Origin: Octopus sinensis
Taxonomy: Eukaryota
DNA: 64,000 nt
Reading direction: 5' to 3'
Assembly (NCBI RefSeq): GCF_006345805.1
Contig: NC_043002.1
Span: 27,528,001-27,592,000, forward strand
Made by a program: the position numbers and the translations under genes. A model generated the notes under the pieces. That model saw nothing but the letters and a program-made list of their open reading frames with translations. It was not told the DNA's origin and made no database searches. Below, piece by piece: positions 1 through 15,312 of the stretch (position 1 is its first letter; every line of letters begins with the position of its first letter).

Positions 1-239
1 AAAAACATCGTGTTAATGAAGTTTTACAGGCTTTTTTCTTTTGCATGTATATTTTTCTCTTAATTGTCTTTGAAGAAAAATTACAGGTCGAAAATAATTT
101 GAAAGCTGATAAGACTTAGAAACTGCATATAAGAAAATTTGATCAACAGACATTCATTAAAGAAATATGAAATTTTATAAATTACAAACAAAACAAACAG
201 CAAAAGCAACAGCTTTGAAAGAAATCATTGGCTACTTTT

Positions 240-950
240 GAGTCTTTTGCGAAACTAGAAATAGCAGTGGAACATTAATTACATTTAAATTCGTACACAC
301 GCACACCTCGTTTACTGGATGGACGCATATATGGACGAACAGCCGGTAATTCGTACACGCACACACATCGTATAATGGTTTTAGCCAGGGTCTGAGACCA
401 TGCTGAAGAGTCACCTTTCAGTGTGTTTGGGTTTCCTTTCTGTACAATTTCAGGTGAAGAAGCGCATTGGGCGGAGCTGCTCTTCTTCGTGCCTCCTGTC
501 ACGATATGCGTAGATCTGGTATTTCGGATATAAATTTGTCCAGACGTTGTTTAAAGACCTCCACGACTACACATCATTAATATTTCAAGTTGTTTGGTAA
601 GATATTGAACAGTCGTGGATCCTTGAAAGCCAAGCTGTTAAAGCACTGTGACCTTATTCTGGAAGGAGAAGAAGGGATCTTTGCTTCTATCCATTGCCGT
701 CTAGTTTGGTCGTTGGTGTATCTTTAAATTCCATAGTTAAGAGTTTGACCTTGCAGGATCTTCCATATGTATAGTATTGCATATCTTTCAGGCTTTCTCT
801 TTAGAGAGTAGTGCTTCAGTTCTTTTAACCTCCTCCAGTAGGTCATCTGTACCACCGAATTCTTTTTTGTGTAGTGGCAGTAGTTTGCCTTAAGTCCTAC
901 GACCAGTTTGATACTCTGCGGTGACAACAGCACTACAGACGATTGAGAGC
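240..950 (-). mobile_element. CR1/L2-group LINE 3' remnant (RT C-terminal region and 3' UTR)
   Basis: ORF 724..933 contains YWRRLKELKHYSLKRKPERYAILYIWKILQG, resembling the CR1/L2-type tail motif Y.ERL..L.LYSL.RRRERY.IIY.WKIL.G; broken by stops and frameshifts. Confidence 0.7.
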
Positions 951-1020
951 ATGCATATACATGTCACACATACTTACATAAAAACATACACAAATACATG
1001 CATACATACATGCACAAATA

Positions 1021-1087
1021 CCTACATACATACATACATACATACATACATACATACATACATACATACATACATACATACATACAT
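1021..1087. repeat. (TACA)n microsatellite
   Basis: Directly visible tandem tetranucleotide. Confidence 0.95.
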
Positions 1088-1612
1088 CTAAGTACCTCTG
1101 ACTGTATATAGGTTAAACAGATATTGATTTCAATTTTTCCTGTAAGGAAAACTATTGCTCGCTGGAAGAAATCGATGTTAAATCACCTCTATTCTGTAAT
1201 GCACCAGGTAGCCCTTGTGTATTAAAATGTTCGAAAAGGTTACCATAATTTACCGTAATTCAGATTAAGATTGACAGTTCCATACATTCATCTGTCCTGT
1301 AATTCAATATCAATATTAATAAACGTCATTATAACAGTGTTCACTTTCTCTCATAAACTGATATGAATATGCTAGACTATCAAACATTTAGAGCATACTA
1401 TATCATTTATGTCAAATCAGTAGTCTAGAAATTCTAAATAATACGCAATTATTGGCCTAACGAGCCCATCTCTGACTTTCACAAGTTTGCAGCACATATT
1501 ACATTATATGTCTGCATGTTTAGTTGCTTGTGCGTACGAATGTGTGTGTGTGTGTATATATGAATGTATGCATACATATATATATATATGTATCTATCTA
1601 TCTCTCTCTCTC

Positions 1613-1646
<34 letters not shown>

Positions 1647-2605
1647 CACAAACGCCTGTCACACCCAGACACATACAAACACGCAGGCTTCAGCGTAGTA
1701 GATTCAATCTCATAACGTTTAGCTGATATGCCAACTTCGTAACCACGCACTCGTGGCACTGTTCATATGTGTATTTATGAGTGAATATGTATATAAATCT
1801 GAGATCGTGCGTGTACGCGAGTATGTCTGCCTGTATGCGTAATTTTACATAAACACCTATATATTTAGAATATTTGAATTAAATATGTATCCGTTCATAT
1901 CCTATAATTTGATGTCAATATTAATTCACCTCATTAACTCAATAGTTTCTTTCTCTCCATGTAATAAAATTATGTCAAATTATTTAATTATCATTAATTA
2001 AATGATATTACTGCATTATAAGAGTATCAAACCAATTATTGTTTAAAAGCTGTCTTCTATTTAAATTTGCCTTTTACTGCCGGAAATGGACAAAGTCTTC
2101 CTGTAAGTAGAGTGAAAGAAATTTCGCTGCTAATAAATCTATTCAGAGCAATTTGTAACGAATCATTTAAACGCTATCCATTTAAAAAGATCTGTTAATT
2201 GTATGATTGTACACAACATACTGTCCACATAACCAACTAGGAAACGTAGACTTATCGTCAAGCTGGAGATATGTGGAATATGTTTAATTATGTTGGGATA
2301 TAAACATTGCCAGGTAGAACGAAGAATATTTAAAGTTAAATCGATTTATTTGGATTAAATAATGAAGTTTTGACATGGGAAAGCAGAATGAATAACGCGG
2401 TGAAAGAAATGCTTTTTTGGTATGACTGTCGGATCTTTATGTTCTCAGTTCAAAACCTGCCGGATTCAACTTTGCCTTTGGTCTTTCCAGAATGTATAAA
2501 ATAAAGTCCTAATCATGTATTGAGTTTGATAGAATCAACAACCTCGCATCACTCAAAATTATTGTTCCTAAATCAAAAGACATTATTATTACTATTCTCT
2601 TTTCA

Positions 2606-2815
2606 AAGCGGTGAGTTGGCAGAATTGCAACCATGCCGGACAAAATGATTAGCAACATATCTTGCGGCTTCTTTTCGTGTACAAATGCTACTCATATCGA
2701 CATTTTCTCTCATCCTGTTGAGGTCGATAAAAGAAGTACCAGCATCAAATCGGATCCGATGTATTCGACTAATCCCCAGCCTCTAAATTTACTGGCTTTA
2801 TACCAAACTAGAAAG
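2606..2815 (+). mobile_element. tRNA-derived SINE, family S1 (degraded)
   Basis: Head cggtgagttggcagaattg and core catcctgttgaggtcgataaaagaagtacc, matching the copies at 25185-25393 and 59415-59605. Confidence 0.75.
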
Positions 2816-3865
2816 AAGAATTATATCTTTTTCAATCACCAAAATAATTATACAGAGTTTCTTTTGTTTTCTTGTTGAGGGTGGGGCTGTGTTTTGCAGT
2901 TACCCACACCAGAGAGTGTCTTTTGAAGATTGAAAAGAGATGGTTTTAAATAATTCGGATTTGTTCAGCAGAAGAAAGAAAAGTTTTATGCATGCAACCT
3001 GTTTTTTACCTTCCAATAATAAATCGGTGAGAACAATTCCGTTATAGGGACTGGATTCAATTATCTCTCAGCTTGAGAGCCCCTATACTGGGTGGTATTT
3101 ACGAAAGTTACACATTCCTCCAAATAATAATGATATAAACAAGTATTATATTTGAACTTACTATGAATATGCTCTAATGCATATATATATATATGTGTAT
3201 GTATGTGTGTGTGTGCGTGTGTCTGTGTGTGTACACACATACACAGAGATTTAATTGCTCTCTCTCTCTCACACACAGATATACCTATAGATACATAGAC
3301 AGAGAAAGAGAGATGTGTGTATGCATGTATGGAAGAATATACACACACAATCATGCATAAACAGGAGCATGTGGGTGTGTGTGTGTATGTATGTGTGCGT
3401 GTGTGCGCGCGCATGCGTGGAGCATCGGGAAATATTCGTATCAGCTACTTTATTTTTCTTGTAACATCATTTTACTGAATTCTTTCTGTCGAAAAACAAT
3501 TAGCATCTAAACCTATATCGTTTCGAACTACTTGAATATAATTAACTAATTATCGACCATTTTGCACAAAGAAAAAGCTGAAAAAATATGTCTGCAGATT
3601 AAGATAATTAAATTCTATATAGAGAAATATGTTGTTTTGAATTGTTATTTATTTACTCGCCAGCAACAAGAATATTCCTCCTATAATTCTCTCACCTACA
3701 AATGATAAATAAATCAGCCCCACCGCACATATATATGTGCCTGAATATAGCAAACTACTCTAGATCATTGTTAGAATAGTGTCTTATGGTATCGAGTCGT
3801 ATTAGCTGTGATAATGAAGACTGGCTGATGTGTACTGGCACCGAGTCGTATTAATTGTAACAACG

Positions 3866-4089
3866 AACCAAGTAGTGATGTCAGAATTATTTAATACGTA
3901 CGTTTCATGTTTGCGTAATATATGATACGAAAAGCATCCATAACGTAAACCTTTCTCAGTTAAACTGGTTCAAAATATCCTGAAAAGTTTTAACTGGAGA
4001 AGGTTTACTCAATGGCTACATTTCATAGTATAAATTATTCAAACATGAAACGAACGTATTGAATGATTTCTGATTATCACTATTTGGTT
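3866..4089. mobile_element. Foldback/MITE-like imperfect palindrome (~100 bp arms)
   Basis: aaccaagtagtgatgtcagaatt...cagttaaact is the approximate reverse complement of agttttaactgg...atcactatttggtt; spacer about 20 bp. Confidence 0.75.
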
Positions 4090-4629
4090 TGACTTCCTAG
4101 TCACTACACATTCTTTATTTTCTCTCCTTGTTTCTTTCTGTGCCAGAGATTATAAACTCACAACTAGTAGGAACTTACAAGCTACTCTGAATAAGAAGGG
4201 GAGATAATTTTGATATTATCATGCTATTGAAAGCACAATGGTGTTTTTCTTTTTATTGATTCCTCAGACAAGAGGACACCTATAAATACGTCGTTCTATA
4301 TCAATGTAGATAAATAAGTCTCTCTACTTGATGGGCATCATTAGTACATCTACTACACATCTAACTTGAATATTGCTAGTTATAAAAGTTAGACATACAC
4401 GAAAGAAAACATAGATCATTTACGGATTAGGATAATTTGTAGAATTAGAACAAAAATGAGTTAAATATCTCAAATTGCCATGTGGGATTAATTAAGTTAA
4501 GGAAAAGAAGTGTGTGTGCGCGCGTGTGTGTGTGAGTGCGCGTGTAAGTGTGAATGTGAGTGTATGTGGGGTTGCGGGCGCGCCATGTGACCATACGTGG
4601 GTGTATACCTTTCTCTGTGTGTGTGTGTG

Positions 4630-4724
<95 letters not shown>

Positions 4725-4782
4725 AATGGCGGTGCCCCAGCATGGCCACAGCTTATAAGCTGAAACTAGAATCAATCAATCA

Positions 4783-4839
<57 letters not shown>

Positions 4840-7257
4840 GTGTACTTTAGTGTATGTATATGTCTATACTACGCATGATGAAAGTAATATTCCTTTCGAA
4901 CAAAGACATGTTGCGGGAGTTGCTTCCTTTTGCAACCAGAGTGACCTGACGTTCGTTTCAAACAACATCGAGCAAAAATGTAAAAGGCAAGATACAAAAG
5001 ATCGATTACGTTGACTCAAAAACATCTATGTCTTGTTCCATAGGTCTTCAGTCAATTCCAGATTTCAGAAAAGACAAACAGGAATGAAAAACTTACTTTA
5101 AATGAGTAACCACATCCGTTATTTCTTTATACACTATCGCTTAATTCTATATTACGCTATATATTTGGTCTCATCGACATACCACTTACTCTATGAACAG
5201 AACCCACGAAAATATCCTGCAGTGAGGTTCTAATAAGGCTGATCATGTCTCAGTCAGTGGTATAATGACACATTCATTAAACATAAAAAAATTATAATGC
5301 TACATCAGTTTTAAACATGAACAGCAGGCAACCAATATATTCATGATAGCTTTATATTTTCTTTCTTTATCAAGTAAAACGTTTCCTGGCGATCGTACAG
5401 ACCCAAAATAAGAATAACAGTGTCATAAAGACTAGACTTTTCTTTTCAATCTAGAAAATACTTCAGTTCTTTACTACTACAAACCCCTCGACTTAACTCA
5501 ATCGAGACCAGATTTAAAGTACTACTCCCAAAACAGACACACCCGATTGCATCTAAAGAACAGATTTGCGTGCCATCGCCCACCAAACTCAGAAATCTCT
5601 TGGCAAAGATGTGTTGTATTCTCTCCCATTTTTACACAACAATGAAATCTGTTCCCCGTAGCTCTTCCTCGTAGGTCAAGCGTCTTCTCGTTTCCAACAT
5701 TGTTTATGATAAGTGCCGGGATGTGTCAGCGTGCAGAAGTAACGCCGTCTAAGTTGCGGGAGCAGTATTGTAAACTGCCTCTTGTCTGAGATTTGTAGAA
5801 AGCTAGTAGTTGAATGGAGGTGGAAGCATTTTTTTAGATTTGAAGACAGAATAATCTTTATTGCACAGTATTTGCTCTGTTACATTTGTGCGTTTGCTAG
5901 GAGACATCCTACTTGATAGAGTGGGTGAGGTAAGGACATATTTTCTTGATATAAATAGTGACTGTATCCTACAACTACCGATTAGCTGTAGTTTTAGCGG
6001 AACAGGTATTGTATTCGGCTATGAGACTTTAAAGGTGAATTATAACCTCTTCCTACACATTAAAACAATACAAAAAACATGACATTTAAATTCTACGTAA
6101 CAAAGTACTAAAATAGATCTTTTGATGGGAAACATTTTATAATCAATTTAGGTAATTTTATTCTTGTCAACAGCTAACAGCTGTTAGGAAATAGCTCAAG
6201 TATCATTATAAACTTTTACAAATATCCAATCGATGCGAAATATAGCTATTGTATACTTTTACATTTACCGATGCACACACCGAACATGCGTACACATAAG
6301 ATACCAAGAACATTATCATAAAACGCATTCACAACACAAAGCCACATACACATACGCTTACACAGACTTTTACTGTCGTTAGTTTTCGACTGACGCCATG
6401 CATGGGTAGAATCTTCAAATATTTAGGCATTCAAATCGACAACAGACAAACTGGTAATTATTTCATCGATCTCTATAATGCATAGTTATGAGACACAAAG
6501 TAACTCAGCATAACATAAACATGAATTACATACATACCTATTTAGTCGCATACATTCATTAACACATATACATAATACATAAGATCCCAAAAGTATCCAA
6601 TATACTCAACGTAGAGACCAGCCCCATCTGCTCCTACACGTTCTACTACCACCGGAAGCAATGACATAATTCACCAACCCAACTTCCTCAGTGCAACTAT
6701 AAGAATGAATAAAATCGTTCGAGGAACGATCCCACGAACTTACGGTCGGGCATACTACACCCTCAAAAGTAGGTTGGCTGCCTTCTGTTGTATATATATA
6801 TATATATTATATTTTATTTGTTTCACTCATTGCACTGAGGCCATGATGTGGCATCGACTAAAAGGATTTTAATAAAAAGAATCAACCCCAGTATATATAT
6901 ATATATATATGTGTGTATGTGTATGTATGTATATGTATATATACGCTGGGCTTTCACTCTCCGTCTACGAACCCCACCGAAAAGGTTTTGGTTAGCCCGA
7001 TGCTATAGTGGAAGATTTATTACCCAAGAGGACACATTGGAACTGAACTGGAACCATGTGGTTGAAAAGCAAACTTTTTACCACACAACCACAGCCGCGC
7101 CTAACATATATGTATGTATATTATATAGATACATACAAACATGCACACACGCAAATATATATATATATACATATATGCGTGTGTGCGTATAAGTATGTAT
7201 GTATGTATGTACGTATATAAGTATGTATGTATGTGTGTATGTATGCATGTATGTATT

Positions 7258-7288
<31 letters not shown>

Positions 7289-9211
7289 CAGAGAGCAAAA
7301 TAGCAAATATTTCCATTATCTTAGGTATCGTTGATATCACCACTTCTCCTAACTGACCAGACAACGAAGGTTTTTTTGGAATTTTTCTGAGAATTTTCAT
7401 ATCTTGGCATATATACGAAGTTTGTTTGGACTGGAGACTCGAAATGCAACTGTTTTGTTTAAACCAGCGTAGCATTTGAAGAAACTTTCATTAATTTATT
7501 AAAATCAGCGCTTATTACCCATTGTCGTAGGAGATAAAAGATCCGTACTGTTCCCTAGTCTTTTCCTCGGCTGCTCTCCCTTTTTAAGAACGATCAACTT
7601 TCTGCATGCAGGGTTAATGCTTTTACTGTCAAAGCAACCCTTCTTGATCACTTCAGCGATTGTCTTGATGACTAGATCATGTCTTCATTGATTGCATCTT
7701 TCACCCATACCTGTTTGGGAATCATGGAATATTAAGGGCATGCGAGTGATTGCACTAAGCTCCGGGGAAATAAGCTTGGCGCGCTAAGCACGGCATCATA
7801 GATCTATCCTCTAATTCACAGAACATGACCCGTGGTTGTGCTCGTGTGTGAGTTTGCATATGTACATACATATATGCATGTGTATGTGTGTGTGAGAGAG
7901 AAGGCGTGCGTGTGTAAGGGAGTGTGTTTGTATGAGTGTGAGTGCGTGTGTATGTGTATGTGTTTTTGTGTGCGTAGGTGTGCGTATGTGTGTAAATACA
8001 CACAACCACTTATTGCCAGAATGTGTTTTTCATTCATTATTTTAATTAGTTTTCCTTAATGATTATCCTTATTTAAAATTTCACTCTACGTTGGCAAACA
8101 TTTTGGTTTATTGACGTAACGGCGATATTCGCTCACCTGGTGAAAATTGCACCCACATTTAATTGATTTATTAAATTTAAGATACCGTAACGAGCATCAA
8201 ATTTTTAAATATTGATGTTAAAGCCTCTTGAGTCGTTACCAAGAGCATCGGTAACACCTCCAGTATCTTGCTGTAGTCATCTACTGTCAAGTCAATTGTT
8301 TGTGTTCAACTTGATCAAAGTTGGTACTTTTCACAGGAAAGGGCATTGGAGACCAGTGCGGAAATATAGAAAAATTTGGTTTCTATTTCTTTGTTAGCTC
8401 CTAATAGACAATTGTGGGAAATAAATTAACCACATGATTGACATACCAGTCTAACACCCATAAATTATTAGTTAATTTCTCTCAGAAACTAGATTGTGGA
8501 ATCTTATGCTGTCTCTTTAAAAGTAAAATTTTATTGTACTAAATTGTACGTTCGAAAAAAGATTTCTGATATTGAATCGTGTCGAATCTAGGGAAGTATG
8601 ACTGTTGGCTGTTTATCCCACATAAGCAGGAACTGTTCCAAAGCGTTTAGATATATGGAGATTACTTCATTATTTCACAAAGGAAATTATATCTAATGCT
8701 GAATTAATTAAAGCTAAGTTTAAATGCCATCGTAAAAGACATCGAGAATAACTTTAGTGAATTTACATTGGTTTGTACAAAGGAGAGTTTAATGCTTCAG
8801 TGCAGACACTTAATTGTCTTTTATTCTTCTTTTTACTGGATTCATTCATTATACTATGGCCATGCTGGAGCGCTAACTTCAGGTATTTTAGGCGATGATC
8901 TCGCTCACAAAATCATTTCACTTTGCTACTAGTTTTCACGATATGTTTCCAAACCAATCACATTTTTTTCGCAATACAAAGGCACAGCATAAACATCGAC
9001 TTTTTAGACAAAAGTAAACATAAACACACATATAGATATGCACAGACACATATACATATATTATCTAATACACACACATATATATATATATGTATATGTA
9101 CATATGTATGTATGTTACAGGCGGGCAATTTAAACTGGTCGTGTGCATACGTGCATATATATATTTGTATGTATAAGTTCGCATATGTAAGTATTCGTAT
9201 TTTAAATGTAT

Positions 9212-9245
<34 letters not shown>

Positions 9246-9273
9246 ATGTGTGAGTGTGTGTGTGTGTGTGTTG

Positions 9274-9304
<31 letters not shown>

Positions 9305-11093
9305 GTGTGTGTATTTATGTTACTATCTGTGTATATTCCACTGAAGTGGCAAAGCATTTCTTATGCAAAGTCAGAAATCCAGGATCAAGAATTATCCAGT
9401 AATTTTTTGCTAGTTCATCTTGCCCTTTTGTCTTCTCTCCTGGTGCGGTATAAACATTTGATGTGGTTTTAGAGTCAAGTTTTGGCTGCTATTTCAAGCG
9501 TGGAGGTATCTCTTAGATACCCTAAATTATAATATTAATAATAATTATTATCTTTGAAGGTTCTTATTCCCATGCTGGCCACTTGATAAGATCGATAATT
9601 AAATTAACGATTTTATCCTTATGTATATATATGTCTGTTATGTATATATATGTCTGTTATGTATATATAATATGTAAACACAAACACACAAACACTCACA
9701 TACAGATAAATTACGCCTTAGCGCTTTAAACAAGTGTGACAGTCTCTAATACAGATTCCTTCCACCAAATTCTCCTGAAAGAATATTATTACTTTACATA
9801 CTTTTCAAATTGAGACAAGAATAAAAAACATTCTCCAGTGGATCCATTGCAGAAACACGTGACTGAGTAACTTTATACACAATATACATATGTGTGTGTA
9901 TGTGTGTGTGTGTGTGGGGGGGTGTCTATGAGTGTATGTGTGTGTGTGTATAACACTACAGTTATCGATATAACTGAGCGATAGGAAGCGACGCGTCAGC
10001 ATTGCCCCAGCATGGCTGTAATAGAGATTAAAATATCATAGCCATTGCACTAATAATTCTCTCCACTTATGTCTTGACACTGTATATTGTAAACCAACGT
10101 CTAATTAAAACAGTCAAAAGGTTTCTGTTCTATATTACAAGAGCACTTTTGTGATTTCGTTTTCATCGAAAATATCCTCTCTTGCTTTGTAATATGAAAT
10201 TACATTGGTAAAATATCATTACATCTACATTCAATAGCAATGTAATTTCAATTCAGCGATTTCATTTATGTAATTAATAACAGAAATGTAAAATTTGGGT
10301 GGAAAACAACATTTCTTTGCTTAGAAATACAGAAAAAATTTCATCTGTGAATTAAATATTGATGTTTTTTCATAATCAATGATTTTCATTAAAAATTTCA
10401 TTGTGTTGTATCTTGTAATTTGATACTTCTTACTCTGATATGATCTGACCTCAAATTCAAAAGCGCTCACTAATTTTTTACTGCTTAAGGGACCACTTGA
10501 GCCCTGATTGAGTAGATTTATAATTATATGCATTCCAGCCATCACTTCTTGTTGTCTTATATTGAGATTATTATGAGGCTACATTATTCACTATTTTCCT
10601 TCACAAACACGGGTTAGTATAACTAAAATGAGAACCGGTTTCTATATCTTGTTGGTCGAGCAACTATGTAAATATTCGCTTACTTGTATGGTAAGCAGTA
10701 ACTCAGTAACTGTTGCGTCATTGCTCCTCTAATTCGTTACCTAGCAGACATGTTACCAAAAGCCTTCTAATTGACCACTGTATTTTTAATGCATAGCTAA
10801 TCTGAGATTTATCACCGAACATGTACCTGTTTAAGAACTATAAGATATATCTATATATATATGAATGAAGTTTGGCAGCTAGTCTTAACCAAGCAATCAA
10901 CCACGTTGTAACTCACGTTAGCTGAAGCAACCGGCTGGTATTGGGAAATGTGTTAGTTATTCCCGCCCAAAACATGCGCTTTTCGTAGAAGGTGAAGGAA
11001 ATACTCTCAGGAATAGCAGGAATTTCATTTCTATATCAGATTCTGTAGTATGATCAATTAATTCACATAATCTAGTGTTTATATATATATATA

Positions 11094-11342
11094 CTAGCAG
11101 TATCGCCCGGCGTTGCTCGGTTTGTAAGGGAAATAAATGTATAAGCATTTTTAGAGAGTTACTTCCCTTATATAATATCGAAAAAAATGCATTAAAAAAA
11201 TGCGCTAATACCCAGAAGGGCTCGATATGAATCAGGACTATAAGATACCCGGTTTTGGTTAAACTGCACCGCAAAATGTGGGAGTAGTTAGGAATCTAAA
11301 TCGTAGGGGACAGACACACAACTTGACTTTTATATATAAAGA
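11094..11342 (-). mobile_element. Non-autonomous Helitron (complete, 249 bp)
   Basis: Minus strand starts with TC (11342-11341) and ends with the hairpin ccgagcaacgccggg followed by CTAG (11097-11094); inserted between A and T with no TSD. Confidence 0.85.
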
Positions 11343-12250
11343 TATATATATATATACGTTAGAGGGTCGAAGTTCATGGTGTTGCTGTGAATAGTGACCA
11401 CTTAGAATGAGTTAATCTTACAGTACTTGAACTGATATTACTTCATGCTTTCAAGTATATTAGTTTAATTAGAGCAGCTCTAATCATTTTTACCAACCAA
11501 CTGACTTTGCTCCTGTGCAACGGGATAATACGTTTTCTCTTATGTTTCCAAATGAGGCATTTATCAATAACATTAAGTTAGAAGTTTATAAACGTTTAGT
11601 TTAAAATTATTTATGTAACATTTATGGATATTATTCAAATTTTGCTTTGCAGCATTCACATTTTATGACACTATTTTCACTGCAAATAGAAAAATTAGAT
11701 AAAGTTGCTGTTTTTTAAAATTACGTCACATAAATTTTACTGGCATAATATTGTGATTTCAGATAAGCCTATTTTTATATTGTAGAGAATAGCGTTAATG
11801 TTTAAATAAATCATGAAACAGACATTTTCGTTTATCAATGGAAGTCAACCAAAAGACCCAGATCCATAAACGATTGCAAGAATGAGACGTTGAAACTACC
11901 AAGACCGCTTTCGCTAGACACATCTGTTACTTCTGTCAGACAAGATTTCAAGCAAGTGTTTAAGAATGAAGATAACTGTTGAATTAATTTACTGTTTTAC
12001 ATGTTTTATATTGATACTAGTCTCGGGATACTGTGATTTTAGAGTGTGTTGTTACGTTTATGATGCTGATATTTTAGATTAGCGATGCGAATGGGAGAGA
12101 ATCCTAATTGTGGAATATAGTTTCGTTCATTTAATTATGTTTAAAGTCTGTCGTTTCAAATAATTGTATATTTTAGGAGCATCGGTATACACACACAGAC
12201 ACACACACACACATACACACTCATACACAAATAACCCCACCATTTATTGA

Positions 12251-12315
<65 letters not shown>

Positions 12316-12639
12316 CACACATATATTTGTAAATACTTTCGGAAACTATAATGTGAACTCTTTGTCTGGACCACACAGATTTGTTACTATTTGCGCCTCG
12401 TTAGCCATGACTGTGAACGTTCTTTAAATTAGGTCTTGGTGCATCTGAAGACACTATACGAGAAGTAAATTATTTATGCACATGTTTACAAAATTAGTGT
12501 ACCTATCAAAATTAGTTTACGCTTTTTCTGTAGTTTCTGTGATTACTTGTATATTATTTTGTGACTACCAAAGTTAAAAAATATTCTCCCATCACTGTTT
12601 TGGTTTATACAATTATTATGATACCATACCACCCCACCT

Positions 12640-13215
12640 GTAAGGGTCTACGGCATTCCCCAAGAGCATTACGGTGGTAAATGATCTCCTTTGCCAAAGG
12701 TATATCCATGCTATAGCTCGAGCCGCCTCTCAAAAACTAGCTCATCTCATCAGGTCCGGAAAATATATCAAGAACCTCGACAATTTGTGTTACTCAACAG
12801 AGAAGTCAGGAAGTCAATTGAGTTCTCTCACATTTGGGATGGTTCTGCTTACTATGCACAGAGACATGCATAGAACGTATCTGCCAGAAGAGATGCAGCA
12901 GTCTCTTGCCAAGAGGCCAGTAGTCTCTTTTCATTGTTTTCTCATGTCGTTACTATTGTGGCCGTTGTTTCTTACAGTTGGCTGGTCTCGTACCTTCTCT
13001 GCCCTTCTCATCACACATTTCTATCCACTTTTGCGACGTCCCAATCCCTAGTCACACACTAACCACAATACCTAATCCTTCCTCTCAAGAACTTCGGTCA
13101 TCAATGATAGGATCGTTTCTCTGCTCATATCGTTCCTGTAGGTGTTTACCTGCAACAATCTTAACTGAACAGTAAAGACATCAATTCCATCGGTCTCTAA
13201 AGGCCTGCAAAATTT
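12640..13215 (+). mobile_element. CR1/Jockey-superfamily LINE 3' remnant
   Basis: Translation RKSIEFSHIWDGSA resembles the RT C-terminal motif RP.MEYCSHIW; degraded. Confidence 0.55.
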
Positions 13216-14098
13216 ATTGGTATTTCTCTTCCACCAGACTCAGCAAGTAAAAACAAAGTGATTCTATATCAAGGTGTTATTTTTAATTTGCAGTGATATT
13301 AGAGAAAAACGGAGACAGTGGTTTTAGATCAGGTTGTTAATTTTATATTGACGAAATTTTAGATGAAGCGGATAATGATATTAATGTGAAAATAGAGAAA
13401 CTTCGTTATAAGAAGAAAAGAAAGACATACTGGTTATATTTTATATAGGTTTATCCAGATTGTGCATTATTACTCTTCATTGCAAAGGATTTTGAGGACA
13501 GGCATGTACTCGAAAAAGTGCTTTATAGACTTAAATTCCATTTAAAATGTTGACAGCTTGTTTATGCTATAAAAGGCCTTCGGAAGTGGAAAGAATCAGA
13601 AAAGTGATATATATCTTTTTATATCACTATATAATTTATACAGTGATATTTATGATATTTAGACTCAGGAATGTGGCAGAACTTCCTCTCCGGTCTTAAC
13701 ATAGGAAAAGCCGTTGAGCACTCTATACTTATGTGTTACTTTTGCTACTAATACAGTCCATTTTATTTATATACCAGAATCAGTAAGATAGCGACAAGTT
13801 TCACCATATTTTTATATATCATTCAATATCTCTGCTTTCAATAAGAGTCTGATATCTTTTCAAAATTATTTTGAATTCAAAGTCTTCAATTTCCAATTAT
13901 ATAATGTAAATATATGTATATATAATAGTATTTTGATCAATAACCTGTATGTATTGTATTCATATAAGTATTTTTTTCTATTTAGAAATTTGAAATGTAA
14001 TTTTAAGCGTATTGTGATCTGATGTTTCTCAAAAGTAATAACATAATTTATTTGTATAATATTCAAAATCAAGTATATTTCTTATGCTTAATCTACAG

Positions 14099-14185
14099 GC
14101 AATTTTCTGTCAGCAAAATAGCTTGTTTCCTGTATATAATAGTACTGTAGTGAATGGACATAATTTTGGAGAAACTTTTTTTCAC
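14099..14185 (+). other. Possible isolated coding exon (87 bp, AIFCQQNSLFPVYNSTVVNGHNFGETFFH)
   Basis: Flanked by ttaatctacag and gtaag; length divisible by 3 with an open frame; product not recognised. Confidence 0.25.
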
Positions 14186-15280
14186 GTAAGATTGTGTGCA
14201 ACCTTAGACACCTTACGTACAACTGATACACAAAAAGTCAAATTCAACCAATATATTTAAATGAAAGAATACATAAATTGAAATAAATACTTTCAGAAAG
14301 CTGCCTTTTATAAATCATGCATTTGAGAACAGCTGAGTAGTGGATATAATGCCTTGTTTCCAGTTGAGACTTGCTGTCTACATGCATTTCACATATGTTT
14401 CTTTAGAAGTGTTTTAATATCAATTTGAGATTGATAATCACTATGTAATTTAAAATATGTATGCTATGGGTAAGGTTTGAATATGTTTGGCTACACATGG
14501 GTTCTTAAGTTTTTGAGTACTTACAAAAAATGGTTAACACATATCATACTCAATAAACGATAATGATGCTGTATAAATTGCTTTATGTAACTCTAAACTT
14601 AATGTTTCCAGATGTATTAAGCTAATTATCAAAATTAGTAAAAAGCTTACTATCAGCTCCAATGTTTCACTCCCAGTTGTTAAACAATGACCAGTATTTA
14701 GTAAATAATATTAGTATAAGTTGATGCTAATTATGACGTTCAACAGAAGGTTGTGCCCAAATAAGATATCGAATGCGGCTGAAATTGGTCAATTGCAATT
14801 TTTTCTTAACGCCAAAGAAGGGCACATGTCCTAGGCCCTACACACAAAACTGCAGTAATGACAACCATTTTAGGATTATCTGTACTCATCTACTGTATCA
14901 CCTCAGGAAATACTGAGGAGTATATATTAAAACTGTTGCATTCCTAACTGCATTCTCTTTCTATCTGTATTTCAATTTTATTACTTCAGTTTACACCGTC
15001 TCTTTTTTGTGCCCATGTCCTGTGCTATTAAATTACTTTTCTTTCCTATCATACATTAGGGAGTCTTGAAAGGTTCCTGCTTTGGGTAAAAGAAAGGACA
15101 GGAAGATCTGTTAATTATGGTCTTAATCTACACAACCTCCATTTTTTGAGAAAATAAACACGAAACGTTTTGAAAAAGCGGCAACGCGAAACTCAGTGGA
15201 AAACTGAACAGTGAAATTTGTTGTAAGGTTTTTATTTGTTGTACTTGCGTGTGTGTGTGTGTGTGTGGTGTGTGTGTGTA

Positions 15281-15312
<32 letters not shown>

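Noticed and set aside
7300-7740. Possible REL-type retrotransposon fragment (RHDLVIKTIAEVI)
   Set aside because: One weak motif in heavily degraded sequence; not enough to call.
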